DNA of 38,920 nucleotides, taken from positions 1 to 38,920 of the forward strand of contig CAZHQS010000002.1 of assembly GCA_964534545.1 (NCBI GenBank), in the 5' to 3' direction. The notes below the pieces were generated by a model, which saw nothing but the letters and a program-made list of their open reading frames with translations, did not search any database and was not told where the DNA came from. Below are positions 14,786-22,657 of this stretch, in pieces (within the stretch, counting starts at the first letter, position 1; every line of letters starts with the position of its first letter). A program made the position numbers and the translations under genes. Origin of the DNA: Candidatus Hydrothermarchaeota archaeon. Its GTDB lineage: Archaea > Hydrothermarchaeota > Hydrothermarchaeia > Hydrothermarchaeales > JAADFM01.

Positions 14786-15916
14786 GTGACAAAGAGGATA
14801 TTGATTGCACTTCTGCTCCTGTTGGGCTGCCTGGGTCCCGGGGAGCTCCAGGAGGACCTCCAGAGTACCTCCGGGGATTGGAGCATGTTCATGCACGACC
14901 TGGACCACACCGGCAGCACTACCGGAGAGATTCAACTACCATTAAAACTTGAATGGGAGTTCCCCAGCGGGGGACGGATCGGTTATTCCTCCCCGGCGGT
15001 GGCCGATGGGCGGGTCTTTGTGGGTACCAGTGACTGGGACCTCCTGGCCCTGGACAGGGAGACCGGGGAGCTGCTCTGGGAGTTTCCCACGGGGGGACCG
15101 GTGGAGTCCTCTCCTGCCGTGGCTGGGGACATGGTATTCTTCGGTTCCTATGACGGTCACTTATATGCCGTGGATGCCGCCACGGGGGCGGAAAGATGGA
15201 GTTTCAAGGCCTCAGGGGAGATACTGACTTCTCCAGCCGTCTCAGGGGGGGCCGTGTACTTTGGCTCCTTTGACGGCCGGGTCTTTGCCCTCAACGCCCT
15301 CAACGGGAAGAGGATATGGGAACAGGAGCTGGGGGGTCAGGTCCACTCGTCTCCTGCGGTATGGGGGGACATGGTCTTCACCTCGGCCTACGAGGAGCAG
15401 ACGTTGTATGCCCTGGATGCCCGGAAGGGGAAGGTCCTGTGGTCCTTCAAGACCAAGGGCCCCATCCATGCCTCCCCGACAGTAAGGGACGGCAGGGTCC
15501 TGATAGGGTCCAAGGACAGCTTTTTCTACTGCCTCGATGCTGCCTCCGGGAACCTCCTATGGAGGTTTGAGACCGGGGCCCCCATAGATTCCTCGGCGGC
15601 GGTAAGGGACGGGACGGTGTATCTGGCCTCCTATGACGGGAGGGTCTATGCTGTGGACCTTGCAACCGGCCAGGAGAGATGGAGGCAGGAAATCGGCTCG
15701 GAGTTCATATCCTCCCCGGTCCTGACAGGCAACGGCATCCTCCTCATCGGCTCCAGGGACAGGAGCCTCTATGCCCTAGATGCGGACACCGGGGAGGTCC
15801 TCTGGGACTTCGCCACCGGGGATATGGTCTACTCCACCGCTGCGGTGGCCGGTGGGCAGGTCTTCATCGGCTCCTTTGACGGCAGCCTCTATGCCTTTTC
15901 CGGGAGGGGGGGTTGA
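14786..15916 (+). CDS. PQQ-like (BamB-type) beta-propeller repeat lipoprotein
   Basis: Lipobox MTKRILIALLLLLGC. Eight repeats of the type SSPAV.dG.VFvGS.DG.LYALDA.TGE.LW. Confidence 0.85.
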   Translation: MTKRILIALLLLLGCLGPGELQEDLQSTSGDWSMFMHDLDHTGSTTGEIQLPLKLEWEFPSGGRIGYSSPAVADGRVFVGTSDWDLLALDRETGELLWEFPTGGPVESSPAVAGDMVFFGSYDGHLYAVDAATGAERWSFKASGEILTSPAVSGGAVYFGSFDGRVFALNALNGKRIWEQELGGQVHSSPAVWGDMVFTSAYEEQTLYALDARKGKVLWSFKTKGPIHASPTVRDGRVLIGSKDSFFYCLDAASGNLLWRFETGAPIDSSAAVRDGTVYLASYDGRVYAVDLATGQERWRQEIGSEFISSPVLTGNGILLIGSRDRSLYALDADTGEVLWDFATGDMVYSTAAVAGGQVFIGSFDGSLYAFSGRGG

Positions 15917-16120
15917 ACTAAAACCCAGGAGCAAAGACCTCACCCGCCAATGTCGCTAATCACCTTCATCAGCTTTTGGAGACATATCCCTAGCGCCGGT
16001 CTTCAGCTCTTCCAGGAGACCCCGGGTAGGATGTTCTCTGGAGATGCGCACCCGGCCAGGAGGAGGGCAATGACCATTTGGTGAAAAGAGATAAAAGAGA
16101 AGTTTACCAGGTTAAATACC

Positions 16121-17269
16121 ATGACCCAGTGGTTGACCAGTCCCTACAACCCCAAAAAGCACCTGGAGGTCACCATCTACGATGCTACCCTGAGGGAAGG
16201 GGACCAGGCGCCGGGGGTATCCTTTACCCAGGAGGAGAAACTGGAGATTGCCCGGAGGCTGGATGAGGTGGGCCTTCCTCAGATCGAGGCGGGCTTCCCC
16301 GCGGTTTCAGGGCAGGAGCGCCAGTCGGTAAAGAGGGTGGCAGGGGAGGGACTGGAGGCCCAGATAATCTGCCTGGGCAGGACCCTGGAATCTGATATAG
16401 ACTGCGCCCTGGAGACCGACGTGGAGGGCATAATCCTCTTCGCCCCCACCTCGGACCTCCACCTGAAGGTCAAGGGATTCGATAGGCAGGAGATCACGGA
16501 CAGGGCCGTGGGGTCGGTGGAGTATGCCAAGGACCACGGGCTCTTTACCGCCTTCAGCGCCGAGGACGCCACCAGGACGGATTTGGGATTCCTCAAGGAG
16601 GTATTCAGAGAGGTGGAACAGGCAGGGGCGGACAGGGTCCATATCCCGGATACCGCCGGCTGCATCCGCCCGAGGGGGATGGCGTTCATGGTGGAGGAGA
16701 TCACAAAGGACATGGAAGTCCCCCTGGGTCTCCACTGCCATGACGATTTCGGCCTTGCCCTGGCCAACAGCCTGGCAGGCCTTGAGGCAGGGGCCAGGGC
16801 GGTTTCCGTCACCGTCAACGGCATCGGAGAGCGGACAGGCAACTGTGCCCTGGAGGAGCTGGTCCTCTCCCTGATGATGCTCTATGGTACCTCCCTGGAC
16901 CTGAAGATCCAGGGAATCTATGAGCTGTCCCGGATGGTGGAGGAGTTCTCGGGAATCAGGGTGGGTGCCACCAAACCGGTGGTGGGAGATAATGTATTTA
17001 CCCATGAATCAGGGATCCACGTGGGGGCCGTCCTGGAGGACCCCTTTACCTATGAGCCCTACCTCCCCGAGGTGGTGGGGAGGAAGCGGGACATCGTCCT
17101 GGGCAAACACTCCGGGAAGGCATCTGTGGAGTATTACCTCAGGAGGATGGGCCTGGAGATGGACCCTGTCCAGGTCCGGGAGGTCCTGCGGCAGATAAAG
17201 GCGAGGGGCACAAAGGGTGGTGTCACCAGGGAGGAATTTCTGGAAATCGTGGATTCGGTCAGGGGATAA
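16121..17269 (+). CDS. Homocitrate/citramalate/isopropylmalate synthase family enzyme, short form (AksA/NifV-like)
   Basis: DATLREGDQAPG, HCHDDFGLALANSLAGLEAGA, NGIGERTGN and HESGIH motifs. At 382 aa it lacks a LeuA-type regulatory domain. Confidence 0.8.
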   Translation: MTQWLTSPYNPKKHLEVTIYDATLREGDQAPGVSFTQEEKLEIARRLDEVGLPQIEAGFPAVSGQERQSVKRVAGEGLEAQIICLGRTLESDIDCALETDVEGIILFAPTSDLHLKVKGFDRQEITDRAVGSVEYAKDHGLFTAFSAEDATRTDLGFLKEVFREVEQAGADRVHIPDTAGCIRPRGMAFMVEEITKDMEVPLGLHCHDDFGLALANSLAGLEAGARAVSVTVNGIGERTGNCALEELVLSLMMLYGTSLDLKIQGIYELSRMVEEFSGIRVGATKPVVGDNVFTHESGIHVGAVLEDPFTYEPYLPEVVGRKRDIVLGKHSGKASVEYYLRRMGLEMDPVQVREVLRQIKARGTKGGVTREEFLEIVDSVRG

Positions 17270-17302
17270 CGCCCTGACCGTTGAGGTGGCCTCCATATCT
17301 TC

Positions 17303-18319
17303 TCAGCTCCAAAGCAGAACCAGATGGTACATGGCCACGGCCACGGTGGCCACCCCGGCGAAGACCAGGAAGCCTCCCAGGGACAGGAGGCTTGCCCTCC
17401 GCTGGAATCCCTCCACGGCCTCCCTGATGGTGGGGTGGGTCTTGAAGGGTTCCACCACCCCCACCAGCACTCCGAAGATGCCGCCGAAGAAGAGGGCTGT
17501 GTAGAGGGGGTAACCTAGGTAGTAGGGTCCCTGGAGGACCTCGAAGGGACAGCGGTGGTCCACGGGCAGGCCGTAGAGGAGGACGTTCATGTAGGGGCTG
17601 AAGAAGGCCATGAGGGCCACGAGGGATACCCCGAAGGTGAAAAGGGAGAGGAAGGCCACCGGGTAGGCGGCGTCCTTGCGTCTTTTAAGGTGAAGGACAT
17701 GGAGGATTGCCGTGGCGGTGACGCTGGTGTAGAAGAGGAGGGCCACCGGCAGCCTGGGGATGTTGATGAGGATGAAGCCGTAGGGGTTGGAGGCCCTCTG
17801 GAGGACCGAACCGCAGCAGGTGGTGATGACGTTGGGGTCCAGGGCGAGGAAATACTTCAGCTCAAAGAAGGTCTCCAGGGCCAGGACGGGCAGGACCAGG
17901 AGGAGCAGGCCGTACTTGAGCCTGACCAGGGGATAGTCCTCGCCCCGGGTGTCTATATAGTTGATGGCAAGCCAGGTGGAATAAAAGAACACACCGAGGA
18001 CCTTCAACCCCAGGGCCTTGAACCCGTAGGGATTGACGTTCAGGGACCCGAAGGCGCACATGGCCCCCCGCAGGGTGGTGTGGAGGGCATCGGCGGTGAA
18101 GACGAAGAGGAGGAGGGAAAGGACCTGGAAGGCCAGGACGTACTCCATGATGGTGGAGACCAGGTGGGTCTGCCGCTCCAGGGCGAGCTGTTCCTCCGAG
18201 GAGCTGTCCATGTCCCACCTCTTGAGGATCCTCACGGCCACCAGGGCGGCGTAGAGGGACAGGAGGAGGACCACCCCCAGGCCCAGGACCTGGGCAAGGA
18301 TCCATGGGTTCAGGATCAT
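17303..18319 (-). CDS. Polytopic (about 8 TM) membrane protein with conserved-looking Cys motifs, function unknown
   Basis: Hydrophobic throughout. Cys motifs GAMCAFG, TTCCGS and HRCPF. 4-nt overlap with the upstream ATPase gene places it last in the operon. Confidence 0.7.
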   Translation of the reverse strand: MILNPWILAQVLGLGVVLLLSLYAALVAVRILKRWDMDSSSEEQLALERQTHLVSTIMEYVLAFQVLSLLLFVFTADALHTTLRGAMCAFGSLNVNPYGFKALGLKVLGVFFYSTWLAINYIDTRGEDYPLVRLKYGLLLLVLPVLALETFFELKYFLALDPNVITTCCGSVLQRASNPYGFILINIPRLPVALLFYTSVTATAILHVLHLKRRKDAAYPVAFLSLFTFGVSLVALMAFFSPYMNVLLYGLPVDHRCPFEVLQGPYYLGYPLYTALFFGGIFGVLVGVVEPFKTHPTIREAVEGFQRRASLLSLGGFLVFAGVATVAVAMYHLVLLWS

Positions 18320-19002
18320 CTCTTGACCCCTGTTACCCTGCCGTCCCTCATCTCATAGACTACATCCACGAAGGTCCCCTGGTAGACCAGGGGATCGTGG
18401 GTGGCGATGATGACGGTCTGCCCCTCCCTTTTCATCTCCTCCACTATCCCGAGGAACTCCCTGGAGAGGGCGGTGTCCAGGTGGGCGGTGGGCTCGTCGG
18501 CGATGACGATCTCGGGCTTGTTCACCAGGGCCCTGGCTATGGCCACCCGCTGCTGCTCGCCCCCTGAGATCTCCTTCACCAGGTAATCAACCCTTTTCCC
18601 GAGGCCGAGTTTTTCCAGGATGTCCCTGCCCCTGGCCCTCATTTCCCTGGGCCGGACTCCCAGGGCGTAGAGGGGCAGGATGGTGTTCTCCAGGACTGTT
18701 AGGTCCCCGATGAGGTTGAACTGCTGGAAGATGAGGCCGATGTGGGCCCGCCGGTGGAGGGTGAGGAAGCGCTCAGGGAGCTTGGAGACCTCCTTTCCGG
18801 CCACGAAGACCCTGCCCGAGGTGGGTCTTGATATGCATCCAATCATGCTCAGAAGGGTGGTCTTCCCGGAACCGCTGGGGCCCATGAGGATGGTGACCTC
18901 TCCTTCCCGAGCCTCCATGGAGACCTCTCTTACGGCCGCGGTCTCGTTGGGCCTGCCCCTGTTGAAGATCTTTGTGACCTCGAGGGTTTTTACTGCTACC
19001 AT
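18316..19002 (-). CDS. ABC transporter ATP-binding protein, MacB/LolD-like (module 3)
   Basis: GPSGSGKTT, ISGGEQQRVAIARAL, VIADEPTAHLD. Confidence 0.92.
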   Translation of the reverse strand: MVAVKTLEVTKIFNRGRPNETAAVREVSMEAREGEVTILMGPSGSGKTTLLSMIGCISRPTSGRVFVAGKEVSKLPERFLTLHRRAHIGLIFQQFNLIGDLTVLENTILPLYALGVRPREMRARGRDILEKLGLGKRVDYLVKEISGGEQQRVAIARALVNKPEIVIADEPTAHLDTALSREFLGIVEEMKREGQTVIIATHDPLVYQGTFVDVVYEMRDGRVTGVKR

Positions 19003-20181
19003 TTAGATACCCCGTACTGCCACATCCGGGTCGGTGACGGCGGTCTTCCACGCCGGGATGATGATGGCCGCCATGAAGGGCACCACCGAGATGAAGAATA
19101 TCAGGAGGAGCTGGTTCAGGTCCACGTGGGGAGTCAGGGCAAAATCAGGATAGAGCACCGACCAGCCGATGAGGACGGGTTTCAGCAGGGTAGCACCCAG
19201 GTGGAAGACGTGGATATAGGCCAGGATTACCCCCAGGAGGTAGGAGTTCAGGGCGATGATGAGACCCTCGAAGGACTTTAGCGTCAGGATGTCCCCGGTG
19301 GTCCAGCCCACGGCCTTGAGGATCCCCACCTCCCTCTTCTCCTCCGCGGTGGTGGAGGACATCCTGTCAAAGGCCAGGATGGCGAAGGCCAGAAGCATCC
19401 CTGCCATGGCCGCCAGGAACATGCCGCTGCGCCAGCCGAAGATGGTCTCGTAGGTGCGCTCCAGGGCGTCCCTGGGCAGGACCCGGGTGTCGGGCAGTAT
19501 CCGGGATATCTTGCTGGCGACAGTGGGGAGCTCCGCCGGGTTCGCCACATAGACCATGAGGTCGTTGGAGCTGTCCTGCGGGATGCCGAAGAAGGCCCGG
19601 GCGTCGTCCATGTCCAGGAGGACCAGGTCGGCTGTCTGGAGGTTGGATGAGGAGGAGAAGATCCCCACCACCTGGAACTTCACGTATTTCCCTTCTGAGT
19701 TGAGGAGGATGAGCTTGTCCCCCAGCTGGATGCCCTTGAAATCGGCCAGGACCTTCCCCACCACTACCTCTCCTCTCCCGGGTCTGCGCCCCTCCTCCAG
19801 GGCGAGGCTAAAATCCTCCTCCAGGTCCAGCATATCCTCCCTGACCCCGAGGAAGGTGAAGGTGGCCCCGGTTTCCGTGTCGTAGTAGTACCCCCATACC
19901 CTGGGCACCACCCTCGAGACCCCGTTTATCTCCTGGATTTTTTCCATGTAGCCCAGGGGCACCAGGGCCTGTCGCCCCGCCACCAGCTTCTGGACGGTTA
20001 TATCCGGGGCCAGGGAGAGGGTCTCCCGGGCCTCACCCTTAAGGGCGCTGAAGAGGAAGACCTCCGAGGCGAGGACGAAGACCACCAGGACGAAGACCAG
20101 GATGGTGCCGAGGTTTTTCACCTTCTTCCGTTTAAAGGATGAGACGGAATAGTCCAGGATGTTCCGGTGCCTCTCGATCAC
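19003..20181 (-). CDS. MacB/FtsX-type ABC permease (module 3)
   Basis: N-terminal TM helix, an extracytoplasmic domain of about 200 aa, EEKREVGILKAVGWTTG, and three C-terminal TM helices. Confidence 0.85.
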   Translation of the reverse strand: MIERHRNILDYSVSSFKRKKVKNLGTILVFVLVVFVLASEVFLFSALKGEARETLSLAPDITVQKLVAGRQALVPLGYMEKIQEINGVSRVVPRVWGYYYDTETGATFTFLGVREDMLDLEEDFSLALEEGRRPGRGEVVVGKVLADFKGIQLGDKLILLNSEGKYVKFQVVGIFSSSSNLQTADLVLLDMDDARAFFGIPQDSSNDLMVYVANPAELPTVASKISRILPDTRVLPRDALERTYETIFGWRSGMFLAAMAGMLLAFAILAFDRMSSTTAEEKREVGILKAVGWTTGDILTLKSFEGLIIALNSYLLGVILAYIHVFHLGATLLKPVLIGWSVLYPDFALTPHVDLNQLLLIFFISVVPFMAAIIIPAWKTAVTDPDVAVRGI

Positions 20182-20471
20182 CTTTCCACCTCCATGGGGG
20201 CCCCGAGGCCCTCAAAGTCCGGTGGGGAGAAGCCTGCACAGGAGGCGTGGTAGCACATGGCCCCGGGCAGGTCCCTGAAGCAACCCGCCATGTCCACGGT
20301 GCTGGGGTTCCTGGTGGAGTAGCAGTCCGTGGCGATGGAAAGGTCTGTCAGCCCCAGGGGCCTCAGGGGCGGGAGCACGTCCCTTTCCATCGGCCCGGAG
20401 CCTGACAGGAGGAGGGCCAGGACACCCACCTCGAGACCCAGGACCAGAAGAACTGCTGTCGATGCCCTCAT
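20178..20471 (-). CDS. Small signal-anchored 4-Cys protein, function unknown
   Basis: 97 aa. N-terminal hydrophobic segment AVLLVLGLEVGVLALLL, then ATDCYS..MAGCFRDLPGAMCYHASCAG. ATGA-type 4-nt overlaps on both sides. Confidence 0.6.
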   Translation of the reverse strand: MRASTAVLLVLGLEVGVLALLLSGSGPMERDVLPPLRPLGLTDLSIATDCYSTRNPSTVDMAGCFRDLPGAMCYHASCAGFSPPDFEGLGAPMEVER

Positions 20472-20950
20472 TCCAACCCTATCCTCTCCATGTTCTGGAG
20501 GACCTCCTGGAAGGTCATGACCGCCCCGGAGGGATGGTCCTCCCGGAAGGACTCGGCCTTCTCCCGGTCCTGGAAGGGGACCAGCCCGTATCCCATGGGG
20601 GTGTATATTCTGGCCCTGGTGACGAAATAGGCACCCGTGGCGTCAATCCACTCCTGGGTGTAGTAGTCCCTGACGAAGACCTTCCTCACCTGGTCCTGGC
20701 CTGAGAGGCGGCTGTAGTAGATCATCAGGCACCCGGGGTCGTCGAACTTCTTCACCTTGTCCTCCAGGAAGATCTCTCCCGCCCAGTTCTCGTAGTCCTT
20801 GACGTACATGCCGCAGACCGGGCAGCGGTCCCCCTTCTCTATCTCCAGGGGGTGGATTTCTCCGGCTGTAACCTGGGAGGGGGACCCTTTCCCCATGCAG
20901 CCCAGGATAAGAAAAAGCATTGAGACGATCAGGGCAGTCCGTAGTGACAT
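20468..20950 (-). CDS. nosL: NosL-family lipoprotein (putative Cu chaperone), copy 1
   Basis: Lipobox LFLILGC. CPVCGMYV...FDDPGC and GYGLVPF motifs typical of NosL. Confidence 0.8.
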   Translation of the reverse strand: MSLRTALIVSMLFLILGCMGKGSPSQVTAGEIHPLEIEKGDRCPVCGMYVKDYENWAGEIFLEDKVKKFDDPGCLMIYYSRLSGQDQVRKVFVRDYYTQEWIDATGAYFVTRARIYTPMGYGLVPFQDREKAESFREDHPSGAVMTFQEVLQNMERIGLE

Positions 20951-21050
20951 AGTACCTTTTATCTTCGGAACTCACTTAATATAATTTTTTAAAAAACATG
21001 GCCAAGGAGGGAAGGGAATGGCTCATGTGACCTCTGATGGAGCCAGGGCT

Positions 21051-21215
21051 TTAGCCTTCTTTTGTTGTGGGTTCTTTCCCGCCTTCATCCAGCCCCTTCT
21101 GGAACTCGGACTTGGCCTTGCCCAGGGAGCGGGCAAGCTCCGGGACCTTGGAACCACCGAAGAGGAGGATGACTATCAGGAGGACTATCATGCTTTCCTG
21201 AGGACCGACAAACAT
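21051..21215 (-). CDS. tatA: Twin-arginine translocase subunit TatA/E (54 aa, absent from the ORF track)
   Basis: My own translation: MFVGPQESMIVLLIVILLFGGSKVPELARSLGKAKSEFQKGLDEGGKEPTTKEG. This gives the TatA TM helix plus the FGG.K.PEL.RSLGKA..EFKK amphipathic motif. SD AAAGGTGAAGGT lies directly upstream. Confidence 0.85.
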   Translation of the reverse strand: MFVGPQESMIVLLIVILLFGGSKVPELARSLGKAKSEFQKGLDEGGKEPTTKEG

Positions 21216-21218
21216 ACC

Positions 21219-21270
21219 TTCACCTTTAAAAGAAAAAGGAGGTGAACATGTGAGGTGTGAGGCTCACATG
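21219..21270 (-). promoter_or_regulatory. Conserved leader element upstream of tatA: 8-bp hairpin plus an anti-SD/SD helix
   Basis: On the minus-strand RNA, CAUGUGAG...CUCACAUG (21247-21254 / 21263-21270) is followed by UUCACCU (21240-21246), which is complementary to the tatA SD AGGUGAA (21219-21225). A related copy lies at 27829..27891. Confidence 0.4.
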
Positions 21271-21306
21271 CCCGTCCTCTTTAGGACCTTCAGTTGGGGT
21301 GAGGAT

Positions 21307-21984
21307 TTAACCACACCCAACTACCACGAGCTCCTCGCCCATGGCCTCATTTTGCATATCCATACCGCCCATATCCATAGAACCAGTGTCCATACTTTCA
21401 GACCCCATATCCATGCCGCCCATCTTCATCTTGAGGTCCTTCAGCAGGTCCTTGGTTATGGCATCGTAACCTATGACCTCGCCGCCGTGCTCATGGGCAA
21501 AGGCCATGGCGTCATCCATGCTTGCAAAGGGGATAACATCATCACCCATGGGACCCTGGACATCGCTTCCCTTGACGTAGTGGGCGGTCCTGGCATCGAT
21601 GTACTCCTTGGTGGAGTAGTCGGTGACGAAGACCCCGGCTATGGTGCTTGTGTCCTCTATCCAGGTCTTGTCCATGCCCATGTTGTCCAGACCCTTGAGA
21701 TATTTCAGCATGTCCTTGGGGGAGTCAAAGTGGGCGGCCGTTCCGTCTGTGAAGAGGATCTGGGCCCTCCATTCCGGGAATTTTGCGGGCATCATACCGC
21801 AGATGGGGCACTCGTCAGCCATGGTGGGCTGTACCGGTTCTATCTCCGCCGGAGGGGCGGTGGTAGGTGCAGGTGTGGCGGCCGGGGCCGCCTGCTGGGC
21901 TGGCCCTGCACAGCCAGCAAGTAGGCTGATAAGGGTTAAGGTCAAAAGCAATCCTTTTGCACTCGCTTTCATCTTTCGAATCAC
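21307..21984 (-). CDS. nosL: NosL-family lipoprotein, copy 2, with Met-rich tail and ELVVVGCG C-terminus
   Basis: Lipobox LISLLAGC. CPICGMMP...FDSPKD. Met-rich tail MKMGGMDMGSESMDTGSMDMGGMDMQNEAMG. Ends EELVVVGCG. SD GAGGTGAT. Confidence 0.8.
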   Translation of the reverse strand: MIRKMKASAKGLLLTLTLISLLAGCAGPAQQAAPAATPAPTTAPPAEIEPVQPTMADECPICGMMPAKFPEWRAQILFTDGTAAHFDSPKDMLKYLKGLDNMGMDKTWIEDTSTIAGVFVTDYSTKEYIDARTAHYVKGSDVQGPMGDDVIPFASMDDAMAFAHEHGGEVIGYDAITKDLLKDLKMKMGGMDMGSESMDTGSMDMGGMDMQNEAMGEELVVVGCG

Positions 21985-22016
21985 CTCAGTTTTTTATAAG
22001 AGTTAGCCAAAAGGGT

Positions 22017-22046
22017 CAATAAATACCTTACCAGTTGAAAGCGTTC
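22017..22046. repeat. Perfect 30-nt direct repeat, copy 1 (CAATAAATACCTTACCAGTTGAAAGCGTTC)
   Basis: Identical to 27916..27945. It lies 33 nt upstream (minus sense) of the nosL copy 2 start and contains the TATA-like GGTATTTATTG on the minus strand. Confidence 0.95.
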
Positions 22047-22191
22047 AGATAGAAGGGGAACCCTCTCGATCTAGGACATAGAGACGATTAAAATGCTGAA
22101 TATCCCGTCAGTATGCGTCCAAAAGTAAAAATTCAATCTATTTGGCCAAATATGGATAAATATAGTAAAATAGTGGCTGTGGCAGCCGAAA

Positions 22192-22650
22192 TCACAGGGT
22201 TTTCTTACCCCGGCGTCCTTCTCTCAAATCTTCAAACCTCAAAACCACCCCCTCATGTATTTCTCTGAAGGTCGAGACAGACCTGTGGTCCTTGAAGGCA
22301 ATGATGCCGCAGTTCATGGGAGTTTTAATGTCACTGTCCTTGAGATAGTAGGCGTCCTTGATTCCCACCCATTCCAATGTGCGATAATCAGCAACATGGG
22401 CATTTGAGAAGTCAGTGGTGTTATATCTAAGCAGGCAGCATATGGTGCAAAAATCGACTTTTGTGCCGTCCTTCAATGTCAGATAAGAAGAGAACCCCAG
22501 CATCTCATCGGTGATTGCCATCCCGCACTTGGCGCAAGAGTACCCAAGGTCCAGACCACCGAAGTCCCCCTCGCAGCATTCCTGTGTATACACTCCGATG
22601 TTTGCGCATCCGGCAAGGAGGACCAGGGCCAGACCGCAGATACACTTCAT
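22192..22650 (-). CDS. nosL: NosL-family lipoprotein, copy 3
   Basis: Start MKCICGLALVLLAGC at 22650, 7 nt after the upstream stop. CAKCGMAI...VDFCTICC and NCGIIAF. The longer track ORF (to 22797) overlaps the upstream gene. Confidence 0.72.
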   Translation of the reverse strand: MKCICGLALVLLAGCANIGVYTQECCEGDFGGLDLGYSCAKCGMAITDEMLGFSSYLTLKDGTKVDFCTICCLLRYNTTDFSNAHVADYRTLEWVGIKDAYYLKDSDIKTPMNCGIIAFKDHRSVSTFREIHEGVVLRFEDLREGRRGKKTL

Positions 22651-22657
22651 GGCTTTC

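Noticed and set aside
14693-14792. An 8-nt inverted repeat TTGTCACA / TGTGACAA flanking the divergent intergenic region between ABC module 2 and the PQQ-like gene.
   Set aside because: The arms are only 8 nt and 84 nt apart, and one arm includes the GTG start codon. This is compatible with chance or with similar RBS contexts.
21236-21253. Plus-strand reading of AAGGAGGTGAAC-ATG-TGA, and of AAGGAGGTGA-ATG...(20 codons, MCESCETHRTSTDSLLKNDQ) at 27849..27921, as strong-SD mini-ORFs.
   Set aside because: One is a bare start-stop and the other has SD-to-ATG spacing that is too short. Both lie between minus-strand genes with no plus-strand transcription context. I favour the minus-strand anti-SD leader interpretation, though I cannot exclude the alternative.
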